Shown piece by piece: positions 28,417 to 38,603 of a DNA stretch of 64,000 nucleotides (positions are counted from its first letter, which is position 1; the number at the start of each line of letters is the position of its first letter). The DNA comes from Nitrosopumilus sp. (lineage in GTDB: Archaea > Thermoproteota > Nitrososphaeria > Nitrososphaerales > Nitrosopumilaceae): contig OZ242041.1 of the NCBI GenBank assembly GCA_965205215.1, positions 1,760,001 to 1,824,000 of the forward strand. The letters are read 5' to 3'. The notes beneath the pieces were generated by a model. The model was not told where the DNA came from, searched no databases, and saw only the letters and a list, made by a program, of their open reading frames with translations. The translations under genes and the position numbers were made by a program.

Positions 28417-31400
28417 CTACACCCTCTCCTTTATGAGCAGGCGCGGCGCCACGTTGAGGCTCTGCATCTCCTGCAGCAGCAGCTTGAACGCGTACGCCAC
28501 GGAGACCGACGACACCTTTGCCTTGTCGCCGCAGACGCGGCACACGTACTTTCGCTGCCGCATGTCGTGGTACGCGACCAGCCCGCACCTCTCGCATACG
28601 AACACGTCGGACTTGTCAGACTCGTCAAGCAGCCTGTCCTTTAGTATCATAGAGGCGCCGTACGCGATCAGGCAGTCGCGCTCCATCTCGCCGAACCTCA
28701 GGCCGCCCCCGCGGGCCCTGCCCTCGGTCGGCTGCTTTGTGAGCATCTGCACCTGCCCCCTGGCCCTTGCGTGTATCTTGTCGGCCACCATGTGGTGCAG
28801 CTTTTGATAGTATACGACGCCGACGAAGACCTCGACGGGGAACGCCTTGCCGGTGCGCCCGTCATACATCATCTCCTTGCCCGAGTACTTGAACCCGTGC
28901 GCGTCCATGACCTCCTTCACCTCGTCCATCTTCTCCCCCACGAAGGCGGATCCGTCAAACCGCCTTCCCCGGAGCGCGGCGGACTTGCCGCATATCGACT
29001 CCATCATCATGCCGACCGTCATGCGGGACGGGAACGCGTGCGGGTTGATCAGCACGTCCGGTGACATGCCCTGTGCAGTATACGGCAGATCCTCGGCATT
29101 TGCGAGTATTCCCAGCACGCCCTTCTGCCCGTGCCGCGAGGCAAACTTGTCGCCAATCTCCGGGATCCGCATGTCGCGGACCCTGATCTTGTACATGCGC
29201 CCGCCCTCGTTTGACTGGGTCATCACCACGGTGTCTACCACCCCGTTCTCCGACGGCCTCATGCCGACTGACGTGTCGCGCCTGTACGTGCCGCCGGGCT
29301 CAAACTCCCTGAACTCCTCCATGAACCGGGGCGGTGACGTCTTGCCGATCAGGATGTCGCCGCCCTTTACCGTGGACTCGGATGCTATTATCCCGTCCTC
29401 CTCCAGCAGCCTGTAGGAGCGCTCCCCCTTGTATCCGCGTATGTTGTCGTCCGCGCTCGGTATCTCAAACGAGTCGCGGGCGCCGCCCGGATACTGCTTT
29501 GCCTCCGCGTCGTATATGCGGTAAAAGAACGTGCGCCCCAGGCCCCGGTCCACGGACGCCTTGCTCAGCACGATGGCGTCCTCTATGTTGTACCCGTCAA
29601 ACGGAAGCACCGCCACCACGCAGTTCTGGCCCGCCGGCCTGTCCTCCAGCCCGAGCAGTTTCATGGCCTTTGTGTTTACGATCGGCGTCTGCGGATACAG
29701 CATAAAGTGCTGCCGCACGTACGTGCTGGTGTTCATCATGGGGGTTGAGAATCCAAGCGACTGCTTTGCCATGGCCGACTCGTACGTGTTACGGGGCGAC
29801 TGGTTGTGCTCCGGATACGGTATGATTGACGCGCCCGCCCCGAGTATCGCGGGCGCAAAGACCTCCAGGTGCGTGTGTCCCTCCGCGCCGCCGCCTGCCG
29901 TAATCGCGTCCTCGTCCATTGCAATGTAGCAGTTTTCTTCCTCGTTTGCGTCCACCAGCTCGAGCACGCCGTCGTGAAGCAGGTCAGTCCAGTTCTTGGT
30001 GCGGCCGGTCACCTTCTCAAGCAGTTCCGGCGTGAGCCTTGACCTGCCGTTCTCCACTATTATCAGCGGGCGCAGGACGCGTCCGGCGTTGCAGTTGACA
30101 TAGAGGCGCTTTGTGGCGCTTTCCACGATCGAATCGTGGAACGAGACCCCCACGTGCGGGTGTATCTTTGTGCTGCGCCTCATGGTCCTGAGGTTCCTTG
30201 CAAGATCCGCGCCGTCCCTGTAGTATCCGATCAGCCTGCCGTCCACGAATATGCGGGTGCCGGCCTGCTTGACGTCCTCCTTTGCGTCAAAAAAGTGCAC
30301 CACGCCCAGCTCGTACAGCTTCTCGACTATCTCGTCGGACGGCACGTTTATCGATATTATCCCCGAGAGGGCCAGGTTCTTTACCAGCCCGCAGTTGGAG
30401 CCCTCCGGCGTCTCACTGGGGCATATGCGCCCAAAGTGCGTCGAGTGCAGGTCCCTGGCCTCGAAGTTGGGCTGCGTCCTGCTCAGCGGGGACTGGATGC
30501 GGCGCAGGTGGCTTATCGTGGACAGATAGTTCGTGCGGTCGAGCAGCTGCGTGACGCCCACGCGTCCGCGCCCCCAGTTGCCGGTGGCGATCGCGTTGTT
30601 GAGCTTGTCGGTTATTATTCCGGGGCGTATTGCGGCCGCGACGGCGTTTATGCCGCGCTTCTGCCCGGAGCGCTCCAGCTGGTACTTCATGTCGCGTATC
30701 AGGTTCTTGAAGGCCGTCCTGAACAGGTCCGCAAGCATCTGACCGGCAAACTTTACGACCTTGTTGCCGTAGTGATCCTTGTCGTCCGGGGCGATCCACC
30801 CCAGCTTTAGCTCCAGCAGCTTGCACGCTGCCTCCCCGAGAAACTGGGCTTTCTCCTTGCGGTTCTCAGGATGCTTGCCCAGGTGGGGCAGGAGTCCCCA
30901 GTCAAGAAGCGTCTCGGCGCGTTTTATCTGGAACTCCTCGAGCATCCCCGGCGCGATCCGCTTGCTGATGTACACTATGGCGTCCTTTGACGTGGACACG
31001 TCGCCGGACTTCTCAAAGGAGGCTTCCAGCTCGTCCTGGACCTTCTCGACTAACGAGACTACGCCGGCTATCTCCTTGTCGGACTCTAGCCCGAGTGCGC
31101 GTATGAGGGTGATGACGGGAATGTCGACAGGCGAACCGGGTATGCGGGCCACTATCAGCCCGTCGTTTTTCATCACAAGCTCGAGCTTTGCCCTGTACCC
31201 CACGATGGACGAGTACACCTTTGCCTTGAAGGTCGTGTTTCCGCCCACCATCTCGCGGTCCACGATAATCTTGTTGTAGGAGAGATCCTCCAAGCCCACA
31301 ATGACGCGCTCAGAGCCGTTTATCACAAAGTACCCGCCGGGGTCGTTCTTGTCCTCGCCCTTCTCGATGAGTTTCCTGTCGTTGCAGTTGCGCAGTATGC

Positions 31401-31782
31401 ATTTCGATGACTTTATCATTACTGGCACGTCGCCGATGTGCACAAAGCGCGACTCGAGCGTCTTGTTGTCCTCCACCACCCTGGCCTCCATCATCACGGG
31501 CGCCGCATACGAGACGTTGCGCAGCCGGGCCTCGGCCGGCGAGCTGTGCGTGATGGAGCCGTCAAGCTCCATCATCCGTGGCCTCTCTATCTTTATCTTT
31601 CCAAGCTGTATCTTGTAGGGGTACTCGGCGTTCTCGATCTCGACGTGCCCGACCTCGTCTATGATGCTCTGCAGTCCGTGCTCGAAGAATTCGTCAAACG
31701 AGTTGAGGTGCTGCCTAGCAATGCCCTCCCTCTTGAGGATGTCCTCGATGATGGGCCACCGCTTCATTGATGGGTCCGCCAC
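28417..31782 (-). CDS. rpoB: RNA polymerase subunit B (Rpo2), unsplit
   Basis: GDKFASRHGQKG, GGLRFGEMERD, ETPEGSNCGL, C-terminal Zn ribbon. Confidence 0.98.
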   Translation of the reverse strand: MADPSMKRWPIIEDILKREGIARQHLNSFDEFFEHGLQSIIDEVGHVEIENAEYPYKIQLGKIKIERPRMMELDGSITHSSPAEARLRNVSYAAPVMMEARVVEDNKTLESRFVHIGDVPVMIKSSKCILRNCNDRKLIEKGEDKNDPGGYFVINGSERVIVGLEDLSYNKIIVDREMVGGNTTFKAKVYSSIVGYRAKLELVMKNDGLIVARIPGSPVDIPVITLIRALGLESDKEIAGVVSLVEKVQDELEASFEKSGDVSTSKDAIVYISKRIAPGMLEEFQIKRAETLLDWGLLPHLGKHPENRKEKAQFLGEAACKLLELKLGWIAPDDKDHYGNKVVKFAGQMLADLFRTAFKNLIRDMKYQLERSGQKRGINAVAAAIRPGIITDKLNNAIATGNWGRGRVGVTQLLDRTNYLSTISHLRRIQSPLSRTQPNFEARDLHSTHFGRICPSETPEGSNCGLVKNLALSGIISINVPSDEIVEKLYELGVVHFFDAKEDVKQAGTRIFVDGRLIGYYRDGADLARNLRTMRRSTKIHPHVGVSFHDSIVESATKRLYVNCNAGRVLRPLIIVENGRSRLTPELLEKVTGRTKNWTDLLHDGVLELVDANEEENCYIAMDEDAITAGGGAEGHTHLEVFAPAILGAGASIIPYPEHNQSPRNTYESAMAKQSLGFSTPMMNTSTYVRQHFMLYPQTPIVNTKAMKLLGLEDRPAGQNCVVAVLPFDGYNIEDAIVLSKASVDRGLGRTFFYRIYDAEAKQYPGGARDSFEIPSADDNIRGYKGERSYRLLEEDGIIASESTVKGGDILIGKTSPPRFMEEFREFEPGGTYRRDTSVGMRPSENGVVDTVVMTQSNEGGRMYKIRVRDMRIPEIGDKFASRHGQKGVLGILANAEDLPYTAQGMSPDVLINPHAFPSRMTVGMMMESICGKSAALRGRRFDGSAFVGEKMDEVKEVMDAHGFKYSGKEMMYDGRTGKAFPVEVFVGVVYYQKLHHMVADKIHARARGQVQMLTKQPTEGRARGGGLRFGEMERDCLIAYGASMILKDRLLDESDKSDVFVCERCGLVAYHDMRQRKYVCRVCGDKAKVSSVSVAYAFKLLLQEMQSLNVAPRLLIKERV

Positions 31783-32042
31783 TATGCCTCCACCACGTAT
31801 CTGTAATAGATGCTCTCTCCTGCAGTAGGGCTGTGCCTCGTAATCCTTATCATGTCACCGGGCTTTACCCCGAGCTCCATTATGGCCGGATCGCTGACGA
31901 ATATGAGCGGAAGCTCGGTTGGCTTGCAGTTGTACTTTTCAAGGATCCGCTCGGCCTCCTCCTTTGAGATTATCTCGTGTTTTGGAACGTAGACGTGGTC
32001 GGGTACCAGAATGGGGTTCTTCTTGGTGGCTAATCCAGGCAC
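31782..32042 (-). CDS. rpoH: RNA polymerase subunit H (Rpo5); start uncertain
   Basis: HVYVPKHEI, LPLIFVSDP, GDMIRITRHSPTAG. Confidence 0.95.
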   Translation of the reverse strand: MPGLATKKNPILVPDHVYVPKHEIISKEEAERILEKYNCKPTELPLIFVSDPAIMELGVKPGDMIRITRHSPTAGESIYYRYVVEA

Positions 32043-32269
32043 CTCCGTCCAGCACAACGAACAATAACATTAACTGTAGGAATAGCACACACAGACAAGC
32101 AGTCATGCGTCAAGTAACGACTAATATATACGTAGACAGCCCCGGGCAGCCCGTCACAGGGCTCATGCGCGCACGATTGCAGGAACGAGTTGATTTAGTA
32201 TTTTTTGCTCTTTTGTCAAGAATATTTTTCACAAGAATTAATTAGCACGGCTGGATGAGCGTAAAGTAT

Positions 32270-33145
32270 ATGAAAACCCAGCTATCGGTGCTTGCTCTCT
32301 CTGCAATTATGATTGCCAGTCTGAGTACCGCACCAATATACGGACAACAGATGATGGGCGACATTAGCCAGCCAATCGCCGTTTCGGTCGACAAGCCCAC
32401 GTACAACGAGGGCGACACGATAATGATAAGCGGTGCAGTGGCAAGGTCCGGCGACGGGGATGTCACCATACAGATAGTAGGGCCAGACGACTCTCAGAAC
32501 GTCGTAGGGGTCGCGCAGTCCACGGTTAACAGGGACGGCACCTTTGAGGCGGAGATAAAGGCTGGAGGCACTATGAACAGGGACGGCACGTATACGGTAA
32601 ACGCCCAATACGGGTCCATAATGACGGTAGAGGCCACCACAACGTTCGAGTTCATTGCAGCAGAAAGAGAGGATCCAATGGATCCCGCAGAACGACCCGG
32701 TGTGGCGGCCAACATTGGTGACGACACCATAACCATGGAGGGCACCGACGACACCATCTCCTACGAGATAACGGGTGGAAAGATCCTCAGCGTGGTACCC
32801 GACGTAGAGTCAAACTCGTTGGTCATAACCATAGAGTCCACCGACGACGGGGTTCTGACCATGACCATTCCAAGGACCATACTAGAGTCCATGGAGGGCG
32901 ACGAGGACAGCGACCTGTTCATCCTGATCGACGGCGAGGAGCGCGAGTTCGACGTGGATACGACGGAGACGAGCAGGACCGTGACCATAGAGTTCGAGTA
33001 CGGAGCTGAGATTATAGAGATAATCGGCACTTGGGTTGTTCCAGAGTTCGGCGTCATTGCAGTGATGATACTGGCAGTCGCAATAGTCGCGACAATAGTC
33101 GTATCATCAAGGTCCAGACTTAGCATAATGGCCCCCAAGCTGTAG
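32270..33145 (+). CDS. PEFG-CTERM sorting-domain surface protein 1
   Basis: Signal peptide; C-terminal VVPEFG, TM helix, basic SRSRL. Confidence 0.9.
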   Translation: MKTQLSVLALSAIMIASLSTAPIYGQQMMGDISQPIAVSVDKPTYNEGDTIMISGAVARSGDGDVTIQIVGPDDSQNVVGVAQSTVNRDGTFEAEIKAGGTMNRDGTYTVNAQYGSIMTVEATTTFEFIAAEREDPMDPAERPGVAANIGDDTITMEGTDDTISYEITGGKILSVVPDVESNSLVITIESTDDGVLTMTIPRTILESMEGDEDSDLFILIDGEEREFDVDTTETSRTVTIEFEYGAEIIEIIGTWVVPEFGVIAVMILAVAIVATIVVSSRSRLSIMAPKL

Positions 33146-33153
33146 TAGTCATA

Positions 33154-33184
33154 TTCTTTTTTTCTTTTTTGTTTGTTATTTTTC
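33154..33184 (+). terminator. Oligo-T archaeal terminator
   Basis: Long T-rich tract immediately after the PEFG gene 1 stop. Confidence 0.7.
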
Positions 33185-34172
33185 TGTGCAGCAGGCTGCG
33201 AGCGGCCGCCGCTCACCGCGCCGCAAGACGGACTGCGCAGGATGATCACCTTGATCACCACATGCCATGATCAGGTGGCAATCGCGGACAGCCGCGCGAG
33301 ATCTCGCAGTATTCGCACACAAACCACAACAGGGCGAGCCGCGGTGCGCCAATCATGGATTAGGAATTCTCCCCGGCCGGGGGGCGCCTCGATTCAGTTC
33401 GGTGTTGAATGCCCACCGAGTGTCAAGTTGTAGGGCTTGGCGGCCGTCACATGCACCGCCGCCACCGACGCCAAACAAGTCTTGCGCCACCATGTACCGG
33501 CCCAGCATCCGGAGCCCAGCACGTTATCTCGGTTCCAATTCCGATCCCAATCCAACCAGCGCGACATATGCACAGATGGGCTTGACTCACGGGGCCGTAC
33601 GGTGGCGGCGCGATCGACAAAGCGGCCGTCGCCCTCACAAGGCCAGCCGGCGCCGCGGCATCTACCTTTGCAGGCCTCGGACCGAGCAAAAGGTGGCCGC
33701 GTGGCTCAGAGTTGACGGCAGCGCAGGCGGCAAGAGGATCAGGGATCGGGGGACTGGGACTTGCCTGTCATACCGGCATGCCAGGTAGTGAGAATGCCGG
33801 TGCGAGTCCACAGCTCATCGGCCAGGGCGCGCCTGCAACAGGTTCCGCGTGCCTGGGGGAATGCACGTGCGATCGGGTGAAGTATTCCCAGCAGTAGCAG
33901 TAGCAGTAGTGACGGTGGCCGTCACGGTCCGCGCATACGGCAGGAGAGGAAGCTCGTATGGGAGGAAAGGCGGCCATGCAGCGTAGACGATCGTATCCGA
34001 TCGGCGCTGGCGCGGGCCCTGATCGCGCGGGCGGCGGCACCAATGCCACAGATCCGGGCGATCTCGGGGCATTGAGACAGATCGCACCCAAGGTAGCGAT
34101 CCGATACGGGCGTGGCGCCCGACGATCAGCAGGATCATAATGCAGGCAGGAGTGTCACGTGGCGCCACTGAA

Positions 34173-34182
34173 ATTTTTAAAT
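34173..34182 (+). promoter_or_regulatory. BRE/TATA promoter of PEFG gene 2
   Basis: GAAA-TTTTTAAATA about 32-41 nt before the ATG at 34214. Confidence 0.65.
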
Positions 34183-34213
34183 ACATAAATAACAATGCAA
34201 GATTGAATATTCA

Positions 34214-35095
34214 ATGAACGCAGGCTCACTAACGTCTATAACAGTAGCGTTACTTGCAGTATCACTTTTGGCAACGATGCCGGCCCAGCAACAGGCCGCC
34301 CTTGCACAGAGCGACGGGCAAGGAATCGAGATGACGGTGATGGCCGACGAAGGATCGGACACCATCATGGTCATGGGCACCATAGTAAAATCCATGCCGA
34401 CTGACATTACATTTACCGTAACGTCGCCTAACGGCCTCAACGTGGTCAGCGTGGATCAGGTCACTCCAGACGGCAACGGCGTGTTTGAGACGTCGTTTGT
34501 CATCGATCCGGACAGCCAGCTGTGGAAGGCCGACGGACTGTACACGGTTACGGCGTCAGGCGGTATCAGCGCAGAGACCTCCCAGTACAGGGTGTCCCTG
34601 CCAGTAATGATCGTCGGCGGGGCAGCCCAGTCCACCGCCATGACAGACGGGAACCTTGAAAAGCTCATGGTGTATGACACGACCGCCAGCATCCGCGAGC
34701 CGACCGGAATTACCATAGAGGCCACCGGAGAGATAGGCTCAAACACCATCATGGTGACTGGAATGACGGACAAGCTCAACGAGGACATAACCCTGACCGT
34801 AACTGCTCCAAACGGCAACGTCGTGACGGTAGAGCAGGCCACGGCCAACTTGGACGGCATGTATGATGCAATCATCATCACGGGCGGCAACCTCTGGAAG
34901 AGCGACGGCATGTACACGGTAACTGCACAGCAGAACAATGATCCATTGTACACGGCGTCTGCCGAGGTGGACATTGCAGACGGCGTAGTAGTGCCAGAGT
35001 TTGGCGCCATCGCCGCCATGATACTTGCAGTGGCCATAGTATCCGTAATTGTCGTGTCGGCGAGATCAAGACTCAGCATCATCGCCGGACAGTAA
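34214..35095 (+). CDS. PEFG-CTERM surface protein 2 (two internal Ig-like repeats)
   Basis: Repeated T.TVT.PNG..V.V.Q...LWK.DG.YTVTA; ends VVPEFG + TM + RSRL. Confidence 0.9.
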   Translation: MNAGSLTSITVALLAVSLLATMPAQQQAALAQSDGQGIEMTVMADEGSDTIMVMGTIVKSMPTDITFTVTSPNGLNVVSVDQVTPDGNGVFETSFVIDPDSQLWKADGLYTVTASGGISAETSQYRVSLPVMIVGGAAQSTAMTDGNLEKLMVYDTTASIREPTGITIEATGEIGSNTIMVTGMTDKLNEDITLTVTAPNGNVVTVEQATANLDGMYDAIIITGGNLWKSDGMYTVTAQQNNDPLYTASAEVDIADGVVVPEFGAIAAMILAVAIVSVIVVSARSRLSIIAGQ

Positions 35096-35153
35096 AAGGA
35101 CGATTTTTTACTTTTTAAATATATAAATAGTGAGAGGTGCAGATCCCATCAAG

Positions 35154-36074
35154 ATGAATATCAGTGCATCTTTAGCGCTACTGGTCGCTTTGGCAGTAGT
35201 CAGTACGATAACCATATCATCAGCGCATGCCCAAGAGTTCGAGAACCAGGGCCTTCCAGAAGCATGCGTGGGTTGCAGTGCTGAAGATTCCATTGCAGTT
35301 GCAGAAGAGCACCTGCTAAGGTCCGTCCCCATATCAGTATGGACAGACAAGGAAGTGTACGGCCACGACGAGATAGTAACGCTTAGTGGATACGTATCCA
35401 ATCCCAGCGCGGCAGGCACCGGGAGCATGCCCCAGGTCACCGTCATGGTAAGGAATGCAATCGGAAGCGTGGTTACTATCGATCAGATCGATGTCAAGGA
35501 TGACAACACGTTCGAAGTAGCCCTCAACACTGCAAGCAAGCTGTGGGCGTCAGACGGCGTCTACACCATAAAGGTTCAGCAGGGCCACAACTCAAACAGG
35601 ATCCACATCGAGCTCGTAGGCGGTACCGGCAATCCCGTACTGTCCATGGACGATATGATGGCAGGGGACGGAGAGTGCGCGGCAAATGAGCTGACAGTCA
35701 TGGACGCGTGCCTCCCATACTCCATTGAGGGCGGAATGGTAACCGACATAAGCGCCAACACCGAGGACAACTCGCTTGTCATTATGATCGAGTCGTCCGG
35801 CGACGGAACGCTCGTGCTCATGCCCTCCAGCGAGGTCATCGACGGAGTCTTCATGGTTCTAGTGGACAACGAGGAGTCCGACGACTACATGATCGGCGCA
35901 GACGGTACGATCACAGTAGAATTCGGTCCCGAGACAGAGGTGATAGAGGTGATCGGCACGCATGTCATACCAGAGTTCGGCACCATCGCGGCCATGATAC
36001 TGGCAGTCGCCATTGTCTCAGTGATAGTAGTGTCTGCAAGATCAAGGCTAAGCATAATTGCGCCGAGGCTCTAA
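35154..36074 (+). CDS. PEFG-CTERM surface protein 3
   Basis: Signal peptide; VIPEFG + TM + RSRL; TATA-like TTTTTAAATATATA at about 35112-35125. Confidence 0.9.
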   Translation: MNISASLALLVALAVVSTITISSAHAQEFENQGLPEACVGCSAEDSIAVAEEHLLRSVPISVWTDKEVYGHDEIVTLSGYVSNPSAAGTGSMPQVTVMVRNAIGSVVTIDQIDVKDDNTFEVALNTASKLWASDGVYTIKVQQGHNSNRIHIELVGGTGNPVLSMDDMMAGDGECAANELTVMDACLPYSIEGGMVTDISANTEDNSLVIMIESSGDGTLVLMPSSEVIDGVFMVLVDNEESDDYMIGADGTITVEFGPETEVIEVIGTHVIPEFGTIAAMILAVAIVSVIVVSARSRLSIIAPRL

Positions 36075-36200
36075 AAAGACGGCATTTTTTCATTTTTTAT
36101 TATTGGTGGCGCGTGCTGGCCAAAGGCACGTGTGAGCAGGCCGACCTCCGCGCAGAACGGCATTACTTCTTTTAAATAGTAATGAGTATATACGAACTTA

Positions 36201-37163
36201 GTGAGCGGGATGACTCTGCGGTGGGATGCACGGCGTTTTTTTATGGTGGCTCTGGTGGCGGCAGCCACGGTTGGCGCCGCGGCTCCGGCAGTCTGGACGG
36301 TCTCAGACGCGGCCGCGCAAGAGGAGGGAGATGAAAGCGGGACGCGCCAGATAGCCCCGCAGAACCAGATCGTAACAGTGACCACTGACAGGGCCGAATA
36401 CAGGAACGGGGATGCCATCATAATATCAGGCAAGATTGCAACCAATGTCATAGACACGCCGATAATACTGCAGGTATTCACGGACGTCAACCCCGTCTAC
36501 ATAAACCAGATTACACCGGCAGGTGACAACTCGTACTGGGATATAGTAAAGACCGAGGGCGCAAAATGGGCAAAGCCCGGAGAGTACGAGGTGAGTGTCA
36601 GATATGGCCCTGACGGCAAGGCCACTACAGAGTTCACCATCGTGCCGGGGATCGGCGCGCCAGGCGGCAGCTCAGAGGTGATAACGGGGAGCACAGAGGT
36701 GGACGCGGGAAGCGAGACGTTTGATGTAAAGTACGTCATAACCGGCGGCACGGTGGAGGACATGACGCTCGACTGGAGAGACTTTACGCTCCTAGTAGAC
36801 ATCAGCGTGACCAGCAGCAGTGGCGGCTCTATTACCATGGAACTGCCGCGCAAGTACATAGGGGCCGAGAGGACAGACGGATCCAGCACCACGGACGAGA
36901 TCTTTATAGTTCTGATCGACGACGTGGAGACCGCATACGACGAGTCACCTTCCGGACAGACTGCAAGGGAGATTACAATCGACTTTCTTGAGGGCGATTC
37001 AGAGATCGCCATAATAGGGACGTATGCGGTGCCAGAGTTCGAACACATGATAGCCGTAATGGCCGCAGTTGCAGGAGTAATGCTGGCATCAGTCATGCTG
37101 CTTAGAGGCAAGCGGTATGGCATTCTGACCGCCCGCTATGGCGGATCCGCAGCGTCCCAGTAG
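36201..37163 (+). CDS. PEFG-CTERM-like surface protein 4 (PEFE variant)
   Basis: Same architecture as paralogs; ends AVPEFE + TM + RGKR; TTTTAAATA upstream. Confidence 0.85.
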   Translation: MSGMTLRWDARRFFMVALVAAATVGAAAPAVWTVSDAAAQEEGDESGTRQIAPQNQIVTVTTDRAEYRNGDAIIISGKIATNVIDTPIILQVFTDVNPVYINQITPAGDNSYWDIVKTEGAKWAKPGEYEVSVRYGPDGKATTEFTIVPGIGAPGGSSEVITGSTEVDAGSETFDVKYVITGGTVEDMTLDWRDFTLLVDISVTSSSGGSITMELPRKYIGAERTDGSSTTDEIFIVLIDDVETAYDESPSGQTAREITIDFLEGDSEIAIIGTYAVPEFEHMIAVMAAVAGVMLASVMLLRGKRYGILTARYGGSAASQ

Positions 37164-37262
37164 GCTCCGACGCCGTGCGCGCGCAAGACGCAGGGCGTGC
37201 GGCGCGGGTCACGTGGTTTTTGTTTTTGTTTTTACTTGTTTTTGCAGCGATGTGACGGGCCG

Positions 37263-38603
37263 CTACGCGTCGAACCCGTACTTTGACTTGAAGGGGGAGA
37301 CGGCCCGCAGTTCTGCCACCGCCCTCTTGAGGATGTCTACGGCACGATCCACCTCGTCACCGGTGTTGAGCGTATCAGGAGTAAGCCTCAGAGAGCCGGT
37401 TATCTGCTCATGCGTGAACCCCATTGCCTGCAGTACGTGGGACGCCTTTTGTGTGTGTACAGAACAGGCCGATCCTGTGGAGGCGGCAACGCCATACTCG
37501 TCGAGTTTTACCAGCAGATCCTCGCCGTTGACGCCAAGAAACGTAAAGTGCGAGTTTCCCGGAAGGCGGGCGGCCGGATCGCCGTTCAGCGCGGACTGGG
37601 GTATCTCCTCAAGTATCCGGCGTATGAGAAGATCACGCAGTGCACGCGTGTGGCTCATGTGGATGTCAATGTCGTCACGCGCGATGCGGGCGGCCGCCCC
37701 AAACCCCACAATTCCGGCCACGTTCTCCGTTCCCGAGCGCATTCCATCCTCCTGTCCTCCGCCCAGCGCGTGCGGCGCCAGACTCGTCCCGGCGCGTACG
37801 TAGAGGGCCCCGACACCCTTAGGTCCGTGTATCTTGTGCGACGATACTGACATCATGTCAACCCCGAGTGATTTGACGTCGACTGGAATCTTTCCGGCAG
37901 CCTGGACCGCGTCGGTATGGAACAGCGCCCCCGCGGCGCGGCACATGCGTGCAATCTCCCGGACCGGCTGGATTGTCCCCACCTCGTTGTTGGCATGCAT
38001 CACGGAGACAAGCGTCAGCTGCCCGGATGCAGGATCGGGCGCGGCAGGCGGTTTGAGCCGCGGATCCCGTAGCGTAGCGCCGGCGCTGCCGCCATGGCCG
38101 TTGGTACTGCCGCCTCCATGGCCGTCGCCGTTATTGGCACTTCCATCACAGTCGTCATCACAATCGCGGGTCTCATCCACGCCAAGTAGTTTGGCAAGTC
38201 TTCTGGTGTCAACCGTTCCACGCCGGTCGACGGGCAGATACTCGACTGAGGCGGTTCCCCGCCGTGCCAGATCCATGCACGGTTCCAGTACCGCATCGTG
38301 CTCTATGGACGAGGTGATTATACGACACGCGCGCCGCGCCTCAGACGCGGCCAGCGCAGCTCCGCAGAGGGCCATGTTGTTGGATTCCGTCCCGCCGGAC
38401 GTGAATACGATCTCCCGGGGCATGGCGTTTATCAGACGTGCCACCTGTTTGCGCGCCGCTTCGACCGCCTTTCTGGCCATCCGTCCACCACGATGAATCG
38501 AGGACGGGTTTCCGTACTGGTCCTCCAGATACGGGCGCATGGCGTCAACCACATCCGGATACATGCGGGTGGACGCCGCATTGTCAAGATATATGAAGTT
38601 CAA
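37263..38603 (-). CDS. iscS: Cysteine desulfurase (IscS/NifS) with a ~50-aa low-complexity insertion
   Basis: YLDNAAST, FTSGGTESNN, FHTDAVQ, SSHKIHGPKG (PLP Lys), STGSAC (catalytic Cys). Confidence 0.95.
   Translation of the reverse strand: MNFIYLDNAASTRMYPDVVDAMRPYLEDQYGNPSSIHRGGRMARKAVEAARKQVARLINAMPREIVFTSGGTESNNMALCGAALAASEARRACRIITSSIEHDAVLEPCMDLARRGTASVEYLPVDRRGTVDTRRLAKLLGVDETRDCDDDCDGSANNGDGHGGGSTNGHGGSAGATLRDPRLKPPAAPDPASGQLTLVSVMHANNEVGTIQPVREIARMCRAAGALFHTDAVQAAGKIPVDVKSLGVDMMSVSSHKIHGPKGVGALYVRAGTSLAPHALGGGQEDGMRSGTENVAGIVGFGAAARIARDDIDIHMSHTRALRDLLIRRILEEIPQSALNGDPAARLPGNSHFTFLGVNGEDLLVKLDEYGVAASTGSACSVHTQKASHVLQAMGFTHEQITGSLRLTPDTLNTGDEVDRAVDILKRAVAELRAVSPFKSKYGFDA

Noticed and set aside
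24595-31782. Fused rpoA as a novelty; inteins in the RNAP genes
   Set aside because: Unsplit rpoA is a known thaumarchaeal trait; lengths are normal and no intein motifs are seen.
33173-34195. ORF-track ORFs in the PEFG spacer
   Set aside because: They are short, overlapping, Arg/Pro/Ala-rich and motif-free, so the region was treated as non-coding.
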